A model generated the notes under the pieces. The model did no database searches. It was not told the DNA's origin and saw nothing but the letters and a program-made list of their open reading frames with translations. DNA of 64,000 nt from an uncultured Chloroflexia bacterium (GTDB lineage: Bacteria > Chloroflexota > UBA6077 > JACCZL01). Location: assembly GCA_963765765.1 (NCBI GenBank), contig CAVXYC010000007.1:1-64000 (forward strand). The letters run 5' to 3'. The position numbers and the translations under genes were made by a program. Every line of letters begins with the position of its first letter. Position 1 is the first letter of the stretch. This document shows, piece after piece, positions 9,290-20,110 of this stretch.

Positions 9290-9928
9290 ATGCACCGCGA
9301 GAGCGCTCACGCTCCGACAACGACCGGCCGTGTGCTTCACAGTCACGCCCACTGGTACGACTGGATGGGCACCATCATCTCGTTCGGACGGGACAGGGCG
9401 GTCCGCGAGGAACTCATAGAGCTGGCCGCGCCCGAGCCCGGGGAGGAGGTGCTCGACGTTGGGTGTGGCACTGGCACGCTCGCCCTCGAGCTTGAGTCGC
9501 GGGTCGGGACGGGCGAGGTGCATGGCATTGACGCTTCGCCCGAGATGATCGAGGTCGCCAGGGAGAAGCTGGCGAAGACAGGCTCAGGTGCGGACTTCCA
9601 GGTAGCGCTGATCGAGGCGATCCCATTTCCCGATGCGACGTTCGACCTCGTGACAAGTAGCCTCATGCTGCATCACCTGCCAGACGATCTGAAGCCCACC
9701 GGACTGGCGGAGATACGTCGTGTTCTGAAGCCGGGAGGCCGATTCATGGCGATGGACTTTGCGGCGCACAGCCATTCTCCCATCGGTCACCTGATGGCGA
9801 TCTTGGGGCACTCGCACGGAGAAAGCACGGTTGATCGTTTGACGCCGATGCTGAGGGATGCCGAGTTCACCGTCGTTGAGAGTATTCCCACGCGCCACAA
9901 GAACTTCGCATTCATCCGCGCGCACTGA
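9290..9928 (+). CDS. Class I SAM-dependent methyltransferase
   Basis: VLDVGCGTG, IPFPDATFDLV and RRVLKPGG. Confidence 0.9.
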   Translation: MHRESAHAPTTTGRVLHSHAHWYDWMGTIISFGRDRAVREELIELAAPEPGEEVLDVGCGTGTLALELESRVGTGEVHGIDASPEMIEVAREKLAKTGSGADFQVALIEAIPFPDATFDLVTSSLMLHHLPDDLKPTGLAEIRRVLKPGGRFMAMDFAAHSHSPIGHLMAILGHSHGESTVDRLTPMLRDAEFTVVESIPTRHKNFAFIRAH

Positions 9929-10352
9929 CACACCAAGCGCCGCCGGTGGACGCCCGAAGGAGAGTCTAGGGTTTGACCCTTTCAGAAAACCGCCTGGACG
10001 CTCTGTAATTAAGGGGGACGGACGCGACAATTGAGGTACGGATCGCCTTGGGAGCTAGCGGGTCCGAAAATCATTCTTGAGCACCACCATCGCCAACTGC
10101 ATCATGGCGGGTGGCGAGCTTGATCGACGTGAAATCAGAGGTAGTCCGAGAGCGAGAAGCTCCGGGCTGGTCATAGTTCGCGTGTGCTCCGCCCAACCGG
10201 AACTGGCAAATGAGCAGGTTGGGAAGTCGTAGGAATCACGGTGTCGACGTCATGCATCGCCAGCCGGGATTTCTTACTACGGTCAGCAGTCAGGAGTCAG
10301 GACACAGATGACGCTTCCGCGTGCTTCCAGCCCGGGTCTATAGTCAGGAACC

Positions 10353-11898
10353 ATGGACGGCTTAGCACCCAGGTTCGCCATCATCGCAAACCGAGGTCCC
10401 AACGATTTCATCTGGAAGAATGGCGATTGGGTCTGCCGACCGGCGGCCGGCGGGTTGGTCAGCATGCTTGCGCCGTTGGCGCGCCAACCCAATGTCACCT
10501 GGATTTGTTGTGTTTCGGAGCCGCCTGATGCCCGGTCCGCACGCGAAGGTCTGTTCACTACGGCGGCCGATCAGAGCGATCCTAGGCTGCACGTGGTGCC
10601 CGTGCCACTACCCGGCGGACGTTTACGGCGACTATTACGGTCGCATCAGCAATGAAGTACTTTGGATGCTCCACCACCAGGTCATCGGGCATGGTGGCTA
10701 CGAGCAGATTGACGAGCAGCGCCACCACGCCTGGACGAAGGGCTACCTGGAGGCCAACCACAGACTGGCCGTCGCCGTTTCGGAGACTTGTCCGGAGGCG
10801 AAGGGCTTCCTCGTTCAGGACTACCACCTGTATCCGTTGCCGGCCCTGCTCCGGACCAGGTTCCCGCGCGCCCCGATCCTGCACTTCACCCACATCCCGT
10901 TCCCCGAACCGTCCGTGTTGAAACTGATCCCGAGCGCCTGGCGAGAGACAATCCTGAGAGGCATGCTCGGAGCCGATGTCGTCGGCCTTCAGACTCCCGC
11001 CGACGTTGAGGCGTTTCTCGCCTGTTGTACCAACGTATTGGGCATGGCAATAGACCCTATCCGGTCAACGGTCATGGCAGAGGGACGGCGGGTTCGCGTG
11101 CGGGCGTACCCTGCAAGCGTCGACTTCCGGGGGCTGCAGCGACTCATGCAGTCGAATGCGGTGATGGTGGCCCGCAGGCGATTGGAGCCGCGTCTAAAGT
11201 CGCTCAACATCATTCGCGTTGATCGCCTGGATCCCAGCAAAAACCAGCTCATTGGATTCCGTGCGTTTGCTCGCCTGCTTGAGCTGCGACCGGATCTGCG
11301 TCCGAGTGTCCGCTTCCTCGCGTTTCTGATACCGTCACGAACCGACTTAGACATTTATCGGGCCTACCGCGATGCCGTCTATCAGTGTATCGATGAGATC
11401 AACTCGCAGTACGCCGACGAGTGCGGCCGTCCGCCGATCGAGGTCTTTTACACGAACGATCGCGATCAGGCGCTGGCGGCAATGGAATCCTGTGATGTGC
11501 TCATGGTCAACTCACTCAAGGACGGGATGAATCTGGTAGCCAAGGAGTGGGCGGTGGTCTCTCAGCGCCCCGGTGTCCTGATCCTCTCCGAGACAGCGGG
11601 CGTGGTAGAGGAGGCCTCCGACAGCGCTCTGCTGGTGTCGCCGCTGGATGTCGAAGGGACAGCTAAGGTCATGGCCGAGGCCCTTGAAATGCCGGAACCG
11701 GAGCGCGCCGAGCGTCTCGCGCGTTTTCGCGATCGGGTTGCTCGCTGGACCGCCCAGAACTGGCTATCAGCGCAGCTCGACGACTTGGGGCTCGGAGCCG
11801 TGTTTCCCGGGCGACCGGTCGGTCGACCAGGTCCACGAGGCTGGGGCCGCAAGGCGAGCGAGAGATTCGCGGGTGAAGGAAGTCCACCCGCCGAGTAG
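10353..11898 (+). CDS. otsA: Trehalose-6-phosphate synthase (GT20), frameshift near 10610
   Basis: IIANRGP, AAGGLV, VQDYHL, HFTHIPFP, RVDRLDPSKN and DGMNLVAKE. Confidence 0.85.
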
Positions 11899-12083
11899 AG
11901 GTCGCCCACGACGTATCGATCCTGCTCTAGGAATCGCAACAACCGAGCTGTCGTGGTCTGGCGCATGCCGCAACAGCGCTACGTATCCACAGAGCGTAGC
12001 GGCGATAGCCAGGACAGCAACTATGGGCCACGGTTCGAGTGGGATTACCAGCCAGAGTCTAGCGAAGTGCTACCCTGACTTCG

Positions 12084-12732
12084 ATGTGCGGACGATACAC
12101 GCTGGGTGACCCCAGCCCCCTCAAGCGCCGGTTCGGCCTGGAGGAATTTGCCGAGACGACGATCACGCCCCGGTTCAACGTGGCGCCGTCGCAGGACATC
12201 CCCATCGTGGTGCAGCACTCGAATGGACACTCGGGAGCTGCGGATGGCCAAGTGGGGCTTTGTGCCGCACTTCATGGACGGGAAGCCGGGCAAGCGCCCG
12301 CCCCCGATCAACGCGCGCGCCGAGACCCTCGCTACCAGTGGCATGTTTCGCGGGAGCATCGCCAAGGGGCGCTGCATCATCCCCGCGGATGGCTTCTACG
12401 AGTGGAAGATGATCGATCCCGACAAGAAGACCAAGCAACCGATGTACATCCAGCTCCAGGACACGAGCCTGTTCGGCTTCGCGGGGATCTACACGACGCC
12501 GACGAAAGCGCACCCGGCGGGAACGGCCGCGATCATCACCACTACGCCGAACGAGCTGATGGCGTCAATCCACAACCGGATGCCGGCGATCCTCCTGCCG
12601 GCCCTGGAAGACGTGTGGCTCGATCCGAAGATGACCGACACCTCGGAGGCACTCACGCTGTTGACGCCCTACCCGGCGGATGCCATGATCGCCACACCCG
12701 TCAGTACCAGGGTGAACACCGGCTGCGAATGA
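12084..12732 (+). CDS. SOS response-associated peptidase (SRAP/YedK), frameshift near 12225
   Basis: MCGRY N-terminus, PRFNVAPSQ, INARAET, ADGFYEW and IHNRMP. Confidence 0.9.
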
Positions 12733-13029
12733 GGGCGCAGAACTGATTCTGCCCACCAGCTTCGCCTAAGGGGCGTGCGCTTTACAGATCCAGTGCCAGC
12801 CCCATACTCCGCTGTGCTTCCGCTGCTCATTGCCCCAATGATCATGAGACACCAGCCCAGGCTGGTGCCTCATGATTGGGCAGTCCCTCGTTCCTACCAA
12901 GGAGGGAGCCAGGGTGTATCTATCTCAGCGTTCCGCTTGCCCGCGCGTGAGGTCGTCCAGCGCCCAGTCGAGCGGCTTGCCCACGAAGCTGGCGGGCGGG
13001 TGCGCCCGGCGCTCATGCTCGATCGCTCG

Positions 13030-13335
13030 GCGTTGTTCACTCTCGGGGCGGTCGACGCTGATATTGTGCAGGCACAGGGTACTCAACTCAAGCAGCGACG
13101 GGTGGCGCTCGAGAGGAACCTCGTCGAATTACGGAAGGACGTTGACGCACCGACGAGTTCGGTTGATCAGGCCCAACTTGACCGAATCTGCAATGCCATT
13201 GGGGCATGGGTAGACCGCGCCGACGATCAGGAACGCATACAGATTTTGGAAGCACTCCAGATCGCGGTTCGGGCAACGCCGGAGTACGCGGAAGTGACCG
13301 GAGTCATCCCCAACCAGGTAGAAGGCTATTTACCG
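13030..13335 (+). pseudogene. C-terminal remnant of a large serine recombinase/integrase
   Basis: Coiled coil then ADDQERIQILEALQIAVRAT..AEVTGVIP, typical of LSR tails; reads into the dnaN end; no catalytic domain. Confidence 0.65.
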
Positions 13336-13342
13336 GGCAATA
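13327..13342. mobile_element. Candidate attR overlapping the dnaN stop codon
   Basis: TATTTACC|GGGCAATA; the island half supplies the dnaN TAA. Confidence 0.65.
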
Positions 13343-14481
13343 TGCATCGGCATAACAACGTGGAAGTAGTTGTCCGCGTCGGGGCCGACGGGGCGGAGGA
13401 TTCCGGGGCTGGTGGGACCGGTGAGCTGGAGAGTGACCTGGCCGGTGTCGATGGCGTCGAGGGCCTCGCGCAGATAGCGGCCGTTGAAGGCGACTTCCAT
13501 GGTGTCGCCGTCGATGCTCGCGTCAAGCTCTGTGGTATTGTCACCGATCTCGGCGGCGCTGGAGCTGACAACCACCTGACCGATAGCAAGTGACTCTTCG
13601 GGCGGCTTGATGGCCAGGCGGACAATCATGGCATTATCGCGCGCGAATACCGAAGCGGCGCGGGTCGCCTGGAGGAGGTCGGTGCGGCCCAGGACAACCT
13701 TGGTGTTGGCCTGTTGGGGGATGATGCGCTGATAGTCTGGGAACTGTCCTTCTACTAAGCGGCCCGTGACTTCGATGGTGCCGAAGCTGAATTGGATCTG
13801 GTTCTGAGAGGGCGTGGCGGCGACCTGAACGTGCTCGTTCTCGATGTCGGGCAGGACGCGCGCCACTTCGCCGAGCGTACGGGCGGGGACGATCATGTTG
13901 AGCTCTTCCGGAGCGGCGCCCTCGGGGAGCATCATTCCGCGCACGGCCAGACGGAATCCGTCCGCCGCGGCCAGCGTCAAAATGCCTTCCTTAACCGTCA
14001 ACAGCACGCCCGCGAGCACCGGACGGCTATCGTCCTGTGCCGCTGCCAGAGCAACCTGACCGATGCACTTCTTGAGCAGGCTTGTCTCCATAATGAAGCC
14101 CGACTCACCACTCACGCTGGGGACGGGCGGAAAATCTTCTGCATCGATCCCGGCGAGGTGCGCTTCCTGTCGGCCACAGACGAGGTGAACGCGACGCGAG
14201 CGGGCGTCAAGCTCCAGATCGATCTTCTGACCTTTCTGGAGCAGACCGACGTACTCGGAGAGGACTCTGGCCGGAAGGGTAATCGCGCCTTCGGCCTGAA
14301 TCTGCGCACCGATGTAGCAGGTCATGGCCATCTCGAGGTTGTTGGCCACCAGCTTGAGGCGGCCGCCCTCGGTCTCGAGCAGAATGTTGGACAGCACGGG
14401 GAGCGTCGTGCGGGTAGGCACTACTCGACTCAGTGAGGCGAGTGCCTCGGCCAGGTTCTCTTGAAGACACGAAAGTTGCAT
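13330..14481 (-). CDS. dnaN: DNA polymerase III subunit beta
   Basis: MQLSCLQENL, AADGFRL, EGQFPDY, AFNGRYL and VVMPM. Confidence 0.97.
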   Translation of the reverse strand: MQLSCLQENLAEALASLSRVVPTRTTLPVLSNILLETEGGRLKLVANNLEMAMTCYIGAQIQAEGAITLPARVLSEYVGLLQKGQKIDLELDARSRRVHLVCGRQEAHLAGIDAEDFPPVPSVSGESGFIMETSLLKKCIGQVALAAAQDDSRPVLAGVLLTVKEGILTLAAADGFRLAVRGMMLPEGAAPEELNMIVPARTLGEVARVLPDIENEHVQVAATPSQNQIQFSFGTIEVTGRLVEGQFPDYQRIIPQQANTKVVLGRTDLLQATRAASVFARDNAMIVRLAIKPPEESLAIGQVVVSSSAAEIGDNTTELDASIDGDTMEVAFNGRYLREALDAIDTGQVTLQLTGPTSPGILRPVGPDADNYFHVVMPMHIAR

Positions 14482-14817
14482 GAAGCCCCCGTAGGCGATA
14501 TGCCGGCACGCAGGCCGGGATGATTGGACTGATAGGTAGTTTGCCTATTCTACCGGTGGGTCTCTGTAACGTGCGTCAGGCTGATAATTTGGAGGTTATG
14601 TCGCCGTCGAGGCGCGGCTGATCCCTCGGCCGTCGAAGCAGGATCCGGATTTCCCAACGGCTCTCAATGACACTGCGAAGTCGTCTCGCCCGCGAGGTCA
14701 GCGCTGCGTACTGCTGAGATCGTCTGGAATGTCCTCAGCCGAATGGACAGGGCGATGGAGGATATCGCGAGTCCCTATCCTAACCGTCTCCCATGGAGAG
14801 AGGAAACTTTCCCGTAG

Positions 14818-15579
14818 CTACAACTCGATGGTAAGACCGTCGTAGGCGCACTGGATGCCGGTTGGGAGACGAGCGTTCATGGCGGCGTGGTCGACCTCGT
14901 GCGTGAGGTGGGTGAGATATGCCTGGCGCGGCTGGAGATCCTGGATGACCTCCACGGCCTGGGAGATACAAAAGTGGGTTGGGTGCGGCCGCTCGCGCAG
15001 CCCGTCGAGCACCAACACATCAAGCCCTCGAAGAAGCTTGCGCGAGGCATCCGAGACGCCATTGCAGTCAGTCAAGTATGCCGCGTTACCCACGCGGTAC
15101 CCGGTGGATCGGATTCGCCCGTGCTCCAAGGGTATGGGGGTAATCGAGACACCGCCCACCTCGAATGGCTCGCGATCGATAGTCGTGTACTCAATATGCG
15201 GAATGGCGCCGATCCACTGAGTTCCCGCCAATGCATAGGCGTAGCGCTCTTTCAGTGCATCGTACGTTCCCTCATCGCCATAGCAACTTAGCGGACCTCC
15301 GGCAACGGCGTTGAATGCTTTCACGTCGTCCAGTCCGCTCACATGGTCAGCGTGGTAGTGCGTGAACAGGATCGCATCGACGCGCTTGATGTGGTTTGCC
15401 AGTGCCTGGAGCCGTAGCTCAGTGGATGTATCGATCAGCAGATTGACGCCGTCCACCTCGAAGTATGCTGAGCAGCGCATCCTGCGATTGCGACTATCGG
15501 TCGATGTACAGACAGGGCATTCACAACCAATCATCGGAACGCCAAAAGACGTCCCGGTGCCGAGAACGGTGAAGCGCAT
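14818..15579 (-). CDS. MBL-fold metallo-hydrolase (PhnP-like)
   Basis: LGTGTSFGVP.IGC.C..C, THYHADH and AYDGL. Confidence 0.9.
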   Translation of the reverse strand: MRFTVLGTGTSFGVPMIGCECPVCTSTDSRNRRMRCSAYFEVDGVNLLIDTSTELRLQALANHIKRVDAILFTHYHADHVSGLDDVKAFNAVAGGPLSCYGDEGTYDALKERYAYALAGTQWIGAIPHIEYTTIDREPFEVGGVSITPIPLEHGRIRSTGYRVGNAAYLTDCNGVSDASRKLLRGLDVLVLDGLRERPHPTHFCISQAVEVIQDLQPRQAYLTHLTHEVDHAAMNARLPTGIQCAYDGLTIEL

Positions 15580-15659
15580 GAGAGTTTCAGTATACGTTCT
15601 AAGCGACAGCGTTCAGGGGATCGGGTTGAGATGCGTCAGTCGACCTCTACCTCGCACCT

Positions 15660-15959
15660 CTAGCGCGGAACGCTCAGCAGGAAGACAGGCCAGGGAGAGG
15701 CTAGGAGGGCGGTACCGATGGCGGCAACGACCTGACCGCGAGTGCGGCGCATGGCCAGGACCCAGCGTGCCAACGCGAAGCCCGTGACACCCATGATCAG
15801 GGCAGGAATGATAAACAAGTCAACCCGTGATCCAAACCAGAGTACCTCCATGGCCGCGGTGGCCAGGAATATCGGCGTCTGGATGAGGGCCGCGATGAGG
15901 GTGGTCCTAACCGAGAAAACCCGAATGAGGCGAACCGTGAGCTGCAGACAGGCGAGCAC
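15660..15959 (-). CDS. Small membrane protein (start probably upstream)
   Basis: Several hydrophobic segments, co-oriented with neighbours. Confidence 0.5.
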   Translation of the reverse strand: MLACLQLTVRLIRVFSVRTTLIAALIQTPIFLATAAMEVLWFGSRVDLFIIPALIMGVTGFALARWVLAMRRTRGQVVAAIGTALLASPWPVFLLSVPR

Positions 15960-16026
15960 GGCGAAGTTCCAGAGGAACGCCAGCGCCAGACCTAAGGGTG
16001 AAAAAAGCGCCGCCAGCCCCTGAGTC

Positions 16027-16470
16027 TCAGGATTCAGCGGCCGTCACCATGCGCTCCACCTGCGGGCCCACGCCTTTAAGCAGCTTGCGTGTGTTCTTAA
16101 AGGTCAGCAGGTTCCTTGCCCAGCCTACGGGCACGGGAAATGTATCGATGCCCAGGTGCTCATCGATCTCGTCAGTCTCGCCGGTCACCTTCATCACATA
16201 AAAGGTAACACGGCGCATTGAGTGCCCCTTCTTGAAGGCGATTGCGCCGGCAACGCCGACGGTCTCCGTCCGAAGGCCGCATTCTTCCTCAATCTCACGA
16301 ATCGCCGTCTGCTCGGGTGTTTCGCCGGCTTCGATATGGCCCTTTGGAAATACAAGGTGCCCGGCCTTGGTGAGGCGCAACACCACCTTGTCGCCCCAGA
16401 CGACGATGCCACCGGCCTGTTCAGCAATCGGCAAGTCTCGGCTCTTCTTCGGCTTGTCGTGGAAGGACAT
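16027..16470 (-). CDS. NUDIX hydrolase
   Basis: PKGHIEAGETPEQTAIREIEEECG Nudix box. Confidence 0.9.
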   Translation of the reverse strand: MSFHDKPKKSRDLPIAEQAGGIVVWGDKVVLRLTKAGHLVFPKGHIEAGETPEQTAIREIEEECGLRTETVGVAGAIAFKKGHSMRRVTFYVMKVTGETDEIDEHLGIDTFPVPVGWARNLLTFKNTRKLLKGVGPQVERMVTAAES

Positions 16471-16587
16471 GACCTAGGAGTTATGATACGCGAGCGCCGC
16501 GTCGGAGAGGCAGACGCGGCGCTCGATGAAATAGGTTGTTGCTCATTAGAGAAGCGGGCGCAGGGCGTGAGTAGTGGAGTCTCAGGT

Positions 16588-16984
16588 CTAACAGCGAGAT
16601 GACGTGGATGGCTGGTCGAGGAGATCGTAGATCTTGTCAAGCAGGACAACCGGGGAAAACGGCTTTACAAAGTAGTCGTCGGCACCCAGAGCCATAGCCT
16701 TCTCACTATCTTCAGAATTCCCGCTGGCGGTGAGCATCACCACCTTGGTGTGGCGCAACCGTTCGCACCCTTGATTGCTCCGCACACTTCCAGACCGCTC
16801 AGACCCGACATGTTGAGGGTCAAGCAAGACCAGCTCCAAGCGTTCAGCCTTTGCAATAGCGAGCGATTCCTCACCATCGCCCGCCTGGAAGAGCGTGAAG
16901 CTCTCCGTTCCTAGCGTCATGAAGCCCACAAGCTGACGCAGACTCGGATCGTCGTCCGCACAGCAGCACTTTACGGCTGTGCAT
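16588..16984 (-). CDS. Single-domain response regulator (CheY-like), frameshifted
   Basis: ADDDPSLRQL, VVMLTA and GADDYFVKPFSP. Confidence 0.8.
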
Positions 16985-17041
16985 GTGTGCCTCCTTCCGG
17001 GTGCTCGAGCGTCGACCGATTATTCAAGTCCATAAAGATCA

Positions 17042-17238
17042 CTAATCACCCTGATTCGAGGCCGCGCGCATCTGCTCAATCTCGGTTTCGAGATCGCGTA
17101 TGCGCGCCGCGGTCTCGGCAAACGGCGCACCGCTGCCGTCACGCAGAGTCGCGCTGGGACCCGATGAGTGCGTGGAGAACCCCGGGGAGGGGCGGGCCAA
17201 GGAATAACCTCCGCCAAGCTGAGCCAATCCGTTGTCAA
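17042..17238 (-). CDS. Small hypothetical protein, frameshifted
   Basis: AGGAG RBS downstream of the GT-C gene; C-terminal coiled coil RIRDLETEIEQMR. Confidence 0.35.
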
Positions 17239-17245
17239 CTCCTAC

Positions 17246-18844
17246 TTAACGAAATGGAGCCTCCGGGGCTTGAGTGACTGGCGCAACCGACCCGGACGGG
17301 AACTGGCGACTCCGCCGAACCCATTGCACGGCCATCGCGCCCAATGGAATGACCAGCGGCGCCAGGTAGAACGCGTAGTACTCGTCGGGCATCCGGTCCA
17401 TCAGAAAATGGTGATAGTAGATCACCGTCATGGCGCTATAAGTCATGCCAATAACGGCCAGTTTCAGCCGACCGGCTGACGGAATGACGGCCACCATGGC
17501 GAGCGACCAGGTGAAGTACCAGGCCAGCACCCAGGTGTTCACCAGGAGCAGGAACGCCAGGAAGATACGCGCGCACGCAGCCGGCAGGTCCGCTAGCTTA
17601 CGCAAGTACCACAGCTCACCCAGAAAGTAGGTGACAAAGATGAGGCGCGTTGCCAGCTTCACGCGCTCGCGCGCGTCTAGCCAGGCCTGCTCCCAGGGAA
17701 CACCGTTCAGGATCATGCGCTCAACGAGGCGCAATGAAAGAAAATCTGGCACGTAGTTGATGTACATCGGCGAAATTGTGGACCACAGGATCACAGGACC
17801 AAAGGTCTCTGGGCCCTGGTACCACGGCGCGTACATCAGTACAGCCAGGCCCAGCATGAGACCCGCGCTGGCCAGAAAGGCGCCAATCCGGCCCTTCCAA
17901 TCTGGCTGCTGACGCACCCATAGCCACACGAAAAGCGGCAGCACTAGCACCGCGGCGGGCTTAATGAGGGTGGCAAACGTGACCAGAACTATGCCGAGAC
18001 TGAGATGCACGGCACGCGCAGCCAGCAGCGCGGTCAGAATGAACGTGAGCATCACCGCGTCGTTGTGACCATTCGCGGCGAACTCAAACGCCACCATCGG
18101 GTTCCAGGCATAGAGTACAAACCCGGCAGCCACGGTACGCATGCCATACGGCCGCAGCAGAGCAAGTATCAGGACGGTGTTCAGCACATGCGCCACGTTG
18201 GCTGTGACACGATAGAGAAAAATCTGATCAGCGGGTGACAAATTTGCGCTGATGCGTGCCATCCATACGGAAAAGTCGATCCACAGCGGACCGTACACTG
18301 ACGGCGCGTAATGCCAGACCGGGTGGATCCACGAGGCGATCGTGTCATATGGGATGAGAGCCGGATAGTGGATGAAGGGATTCAGCCCGTAGATCGCCGG
18401 CATTCGCCCGTACGTCGCGTATGAGAAGAGGTCCGTGGTGAAAAGCCCGGGCATCAGGATGAGCGTTGCTTGATGGATCAACGCCCAGACCATGGCTACT
18501 GCCAGGAGCAGATGGCTTCCAATCCGCTGGCCGGACCAGATCGCTACTCCGTACGCCAAGTAGGCTCCCGTGAAGAGCAGCACGAGCACATTGGTCAGCG
18601 CCTCAGTCTGGCCCATCTCCACGGGCCACCGAAGCTGCGCCGCCTCTAGAAGCGGCCGGAACGCATCCCACAAGTTCTGGTGTTGCGTCAGAAACGCCAC
18701 GCTCCAGTCCGGAGCCTGGCTGATGGGATAACCGAACACCCAGAGTGCCAGGTACACTCCCTCAAGCAATGCGCCTGCGAGGATGAAGACTAGTATTGGG
18801 CCCCATTGGAGTTGCTTTGGGGCTCGTCGATGCTCGGCTGTCAT
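17246..18844 (-). CDS. GT-C membrane glycosyltransferase (MptA/MptB-like mannosyltransferase)
   Basis: TDLFSY..YGR, SVYGPLW, YAWNP and NGHND; multi-TM. Confidence 0.85.
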   Translation of the reverse strand: MTAEHRRAPKQLQWGPILVFILAGALLEGVYLALWVFGYPISQAPDWSVAFLTQHQNLWDAFRPLLEAAQLRWPVEMGQTEALTNVLVLLFTGAYLAYGVAIWSGQRIGSHLLLAVAMVWALIHQATLILMPGLFTTDLFSYATYGRMPAIYGLNPFIHYPALIPYDTIASWIHPVWHYAPSVYGPLWIDFSVWMARISANLSPADQIFLYRVTANVAHVLNTVLILALLRPYGMRTVAAGFVLYAWNPMVAFEFAANGHNDAVMLTFILTALLAARAVHLSLGIVLVTFATLIKPAAVLVLPLFVWLWVRQQPDWKGRIGAFLASAGLMLGLAVLMYAPWYQGPETFGPVILWSTISPMYINYVPDFLSLRLVERMILNGVPWEQAWLDARERVKLATRLIFVTYFLGELWYLRKLADLPAACARIFLAFLLLVNTWVLAWYFTWSLAMVAVIPSAGRLKLAVIGMTYSAMTVIYYHHFLMDRMPDEYYAFYLAPLVIPLGAMAVQWVRRSRQFPSGSVAPVTQAPEAPFR

Positions 18845-18993
18845 GAGACGGCGATTACGTGACGTCAGATCCAGCAAACTGCATTAACCCTCTCAAAATC
18901 GCTCGCTTCCAAAGGAGCGCTCCCACCTGTGGAGGGTCTGGGTGAGGAGAGCGAATGCTCAATCCAGACGGCTAATGTGTGAAGGCGGTCCAG

Positions 18994-19941
18994 TTACGCT
19001 TCGCGCTTTCGCGCGAACATGAGGAAGAGGTCGCCCAAATCAACGGTGATGAGCTTATCGCCAAGCCCGAATGAGTCAAGCGCCGATTCAGCCAAGCGCG
19101 CAGCCGGGGGAAAATACCCTGCCAGTCTGGAGGCCAGGTAGTCCGCGCGCACCACGCGCTTGTGCGGCGCCGTCCCAAGGACGTCATAGCCGGCAGCGTC
19201 CAGCATGGCTGCTAACGTCCGTTTGGAAAAGTAGATCAGGTGCATCTGCATGTACCAGGGCCACCGCCGACGGGTGACTCGCGGGAACAGGGCTTCCACG
19301 TCCATCGTGCACACCGCGATAACGCCGCCCGGCTTGAGCAGCTCGCGACATCGCTTCAGCGCCCCCAACGGGTCAGAGAGATGCTCAATGACGTCCCACA
19401 TCGTGACAGCATCGAAAGATTGTGGCTGCAGGTCAGCCTCATCCAGTGGACCATGGATCACTTGGAGCCCGCGCGTGCGGGCACGCTCGGCCGCCCAGTT
19501 GGAAGGCTCGATACCCCAGGCGTCCCAACCTTCTTCTTGTGCAATCTCCAGAAAGAGTCCTATGTGACAGCCGACGTCAAGAACACGCCCGGGCGCCATG
19601 TACCGCTGAAGCTCCGCGAGATCACGACCAAAGGTATGAACTCGACCGATGCGCTCCTGCTCGTAGCGCTCATCCACCACCTCTTCATAGGCGTGGATGA
19701 TCTCCGACGGCGGGGGAACCGGACTCTGGAACACGAGCCGACATTTTTGACACCGAACGATGGGACCGCAAAGCCCGTAGGCGTTACTGGTGCAAGCGTA
19801 GATCTCCGTGGCTGAGTGCTGGCCATTGGAGCGATCTACTTTGGCGGGATAAAGCTCGCGGACATCGTGCCCGCCGCAGAGATTGCAGGGCACTGCCTCG
19901 GCGCCCTCGGTGGGGGACGGCGACTGGAGCTCAGCCGTCAT
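18994..19941 (-). CDS. Class I SAM methyltransferase with an N-terminal Zn-ribbon
   Basis: CNLC...CQKC, VLDVGCHIG and WDVIEHL. Confidence 0.9.
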   Translation of the reverse strand: MTAELQSPSPTEGAEAVPCNLCGGHDVRELYPAKVDRSNGQHSATEIYACTSNAYGLCGPIVRCQKCRLVFQSPVPPPSEIIHAYEEVVDERYEQERIGRVHTFGRDLAELQRYMAPGRVLDVGCHIGLFLEIAQEEGWDAWGIEPSNWAAERARTRGLQVIHGPLDEADLQPQSFDAVTMWDVIEHLSDPLGALKRCRELLKPGGVIAVCTMDVEALFPRVTRRRWPWYMQMHLIYFSKRTLAAMLDAAGYDVLGTAPHKRVVRADYLASRLAGYFPPAARLAESALDSFGLGDKLITVDLGDLFLMFARKREA

Positions 19942-20110
19942 GCAGGTCCACTCGAAACTCAATATCCAACCCGCTCAATGGAAACCCCGTCGATATCGTA
20001 TAGCTGGCATCGTTCGCACCTCTAATGAGACGCAGCGACTGAACACCAGAATTCATTTCAGTATGAACTTCCTACTTTAGCGCAATTCGAGAAGCCCGAA
20101 CGGACCATCC

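Larger units (their letters stand above)
1..13342. mobile_element. Genomic island 1 (decayed serine-integrase island with a cassette array)
   Basis: att-like ends, recombinase remnant at the dnaN end, SRAP gene, many gene fragments and dif-like repeats. Confidence 0.65.

Noticed and set aside
12775-13593. 272-aa ORF as one real gene
   Set aside because: It is a chimera of non-coding DNA, the recombinase remnant and antisense read-through into dnaN.
14482-14817. oriC or dnaA region upstream of dnaN
   Set aside because: No dnaA gene and no TTATCCACA DnaA boxes seen.
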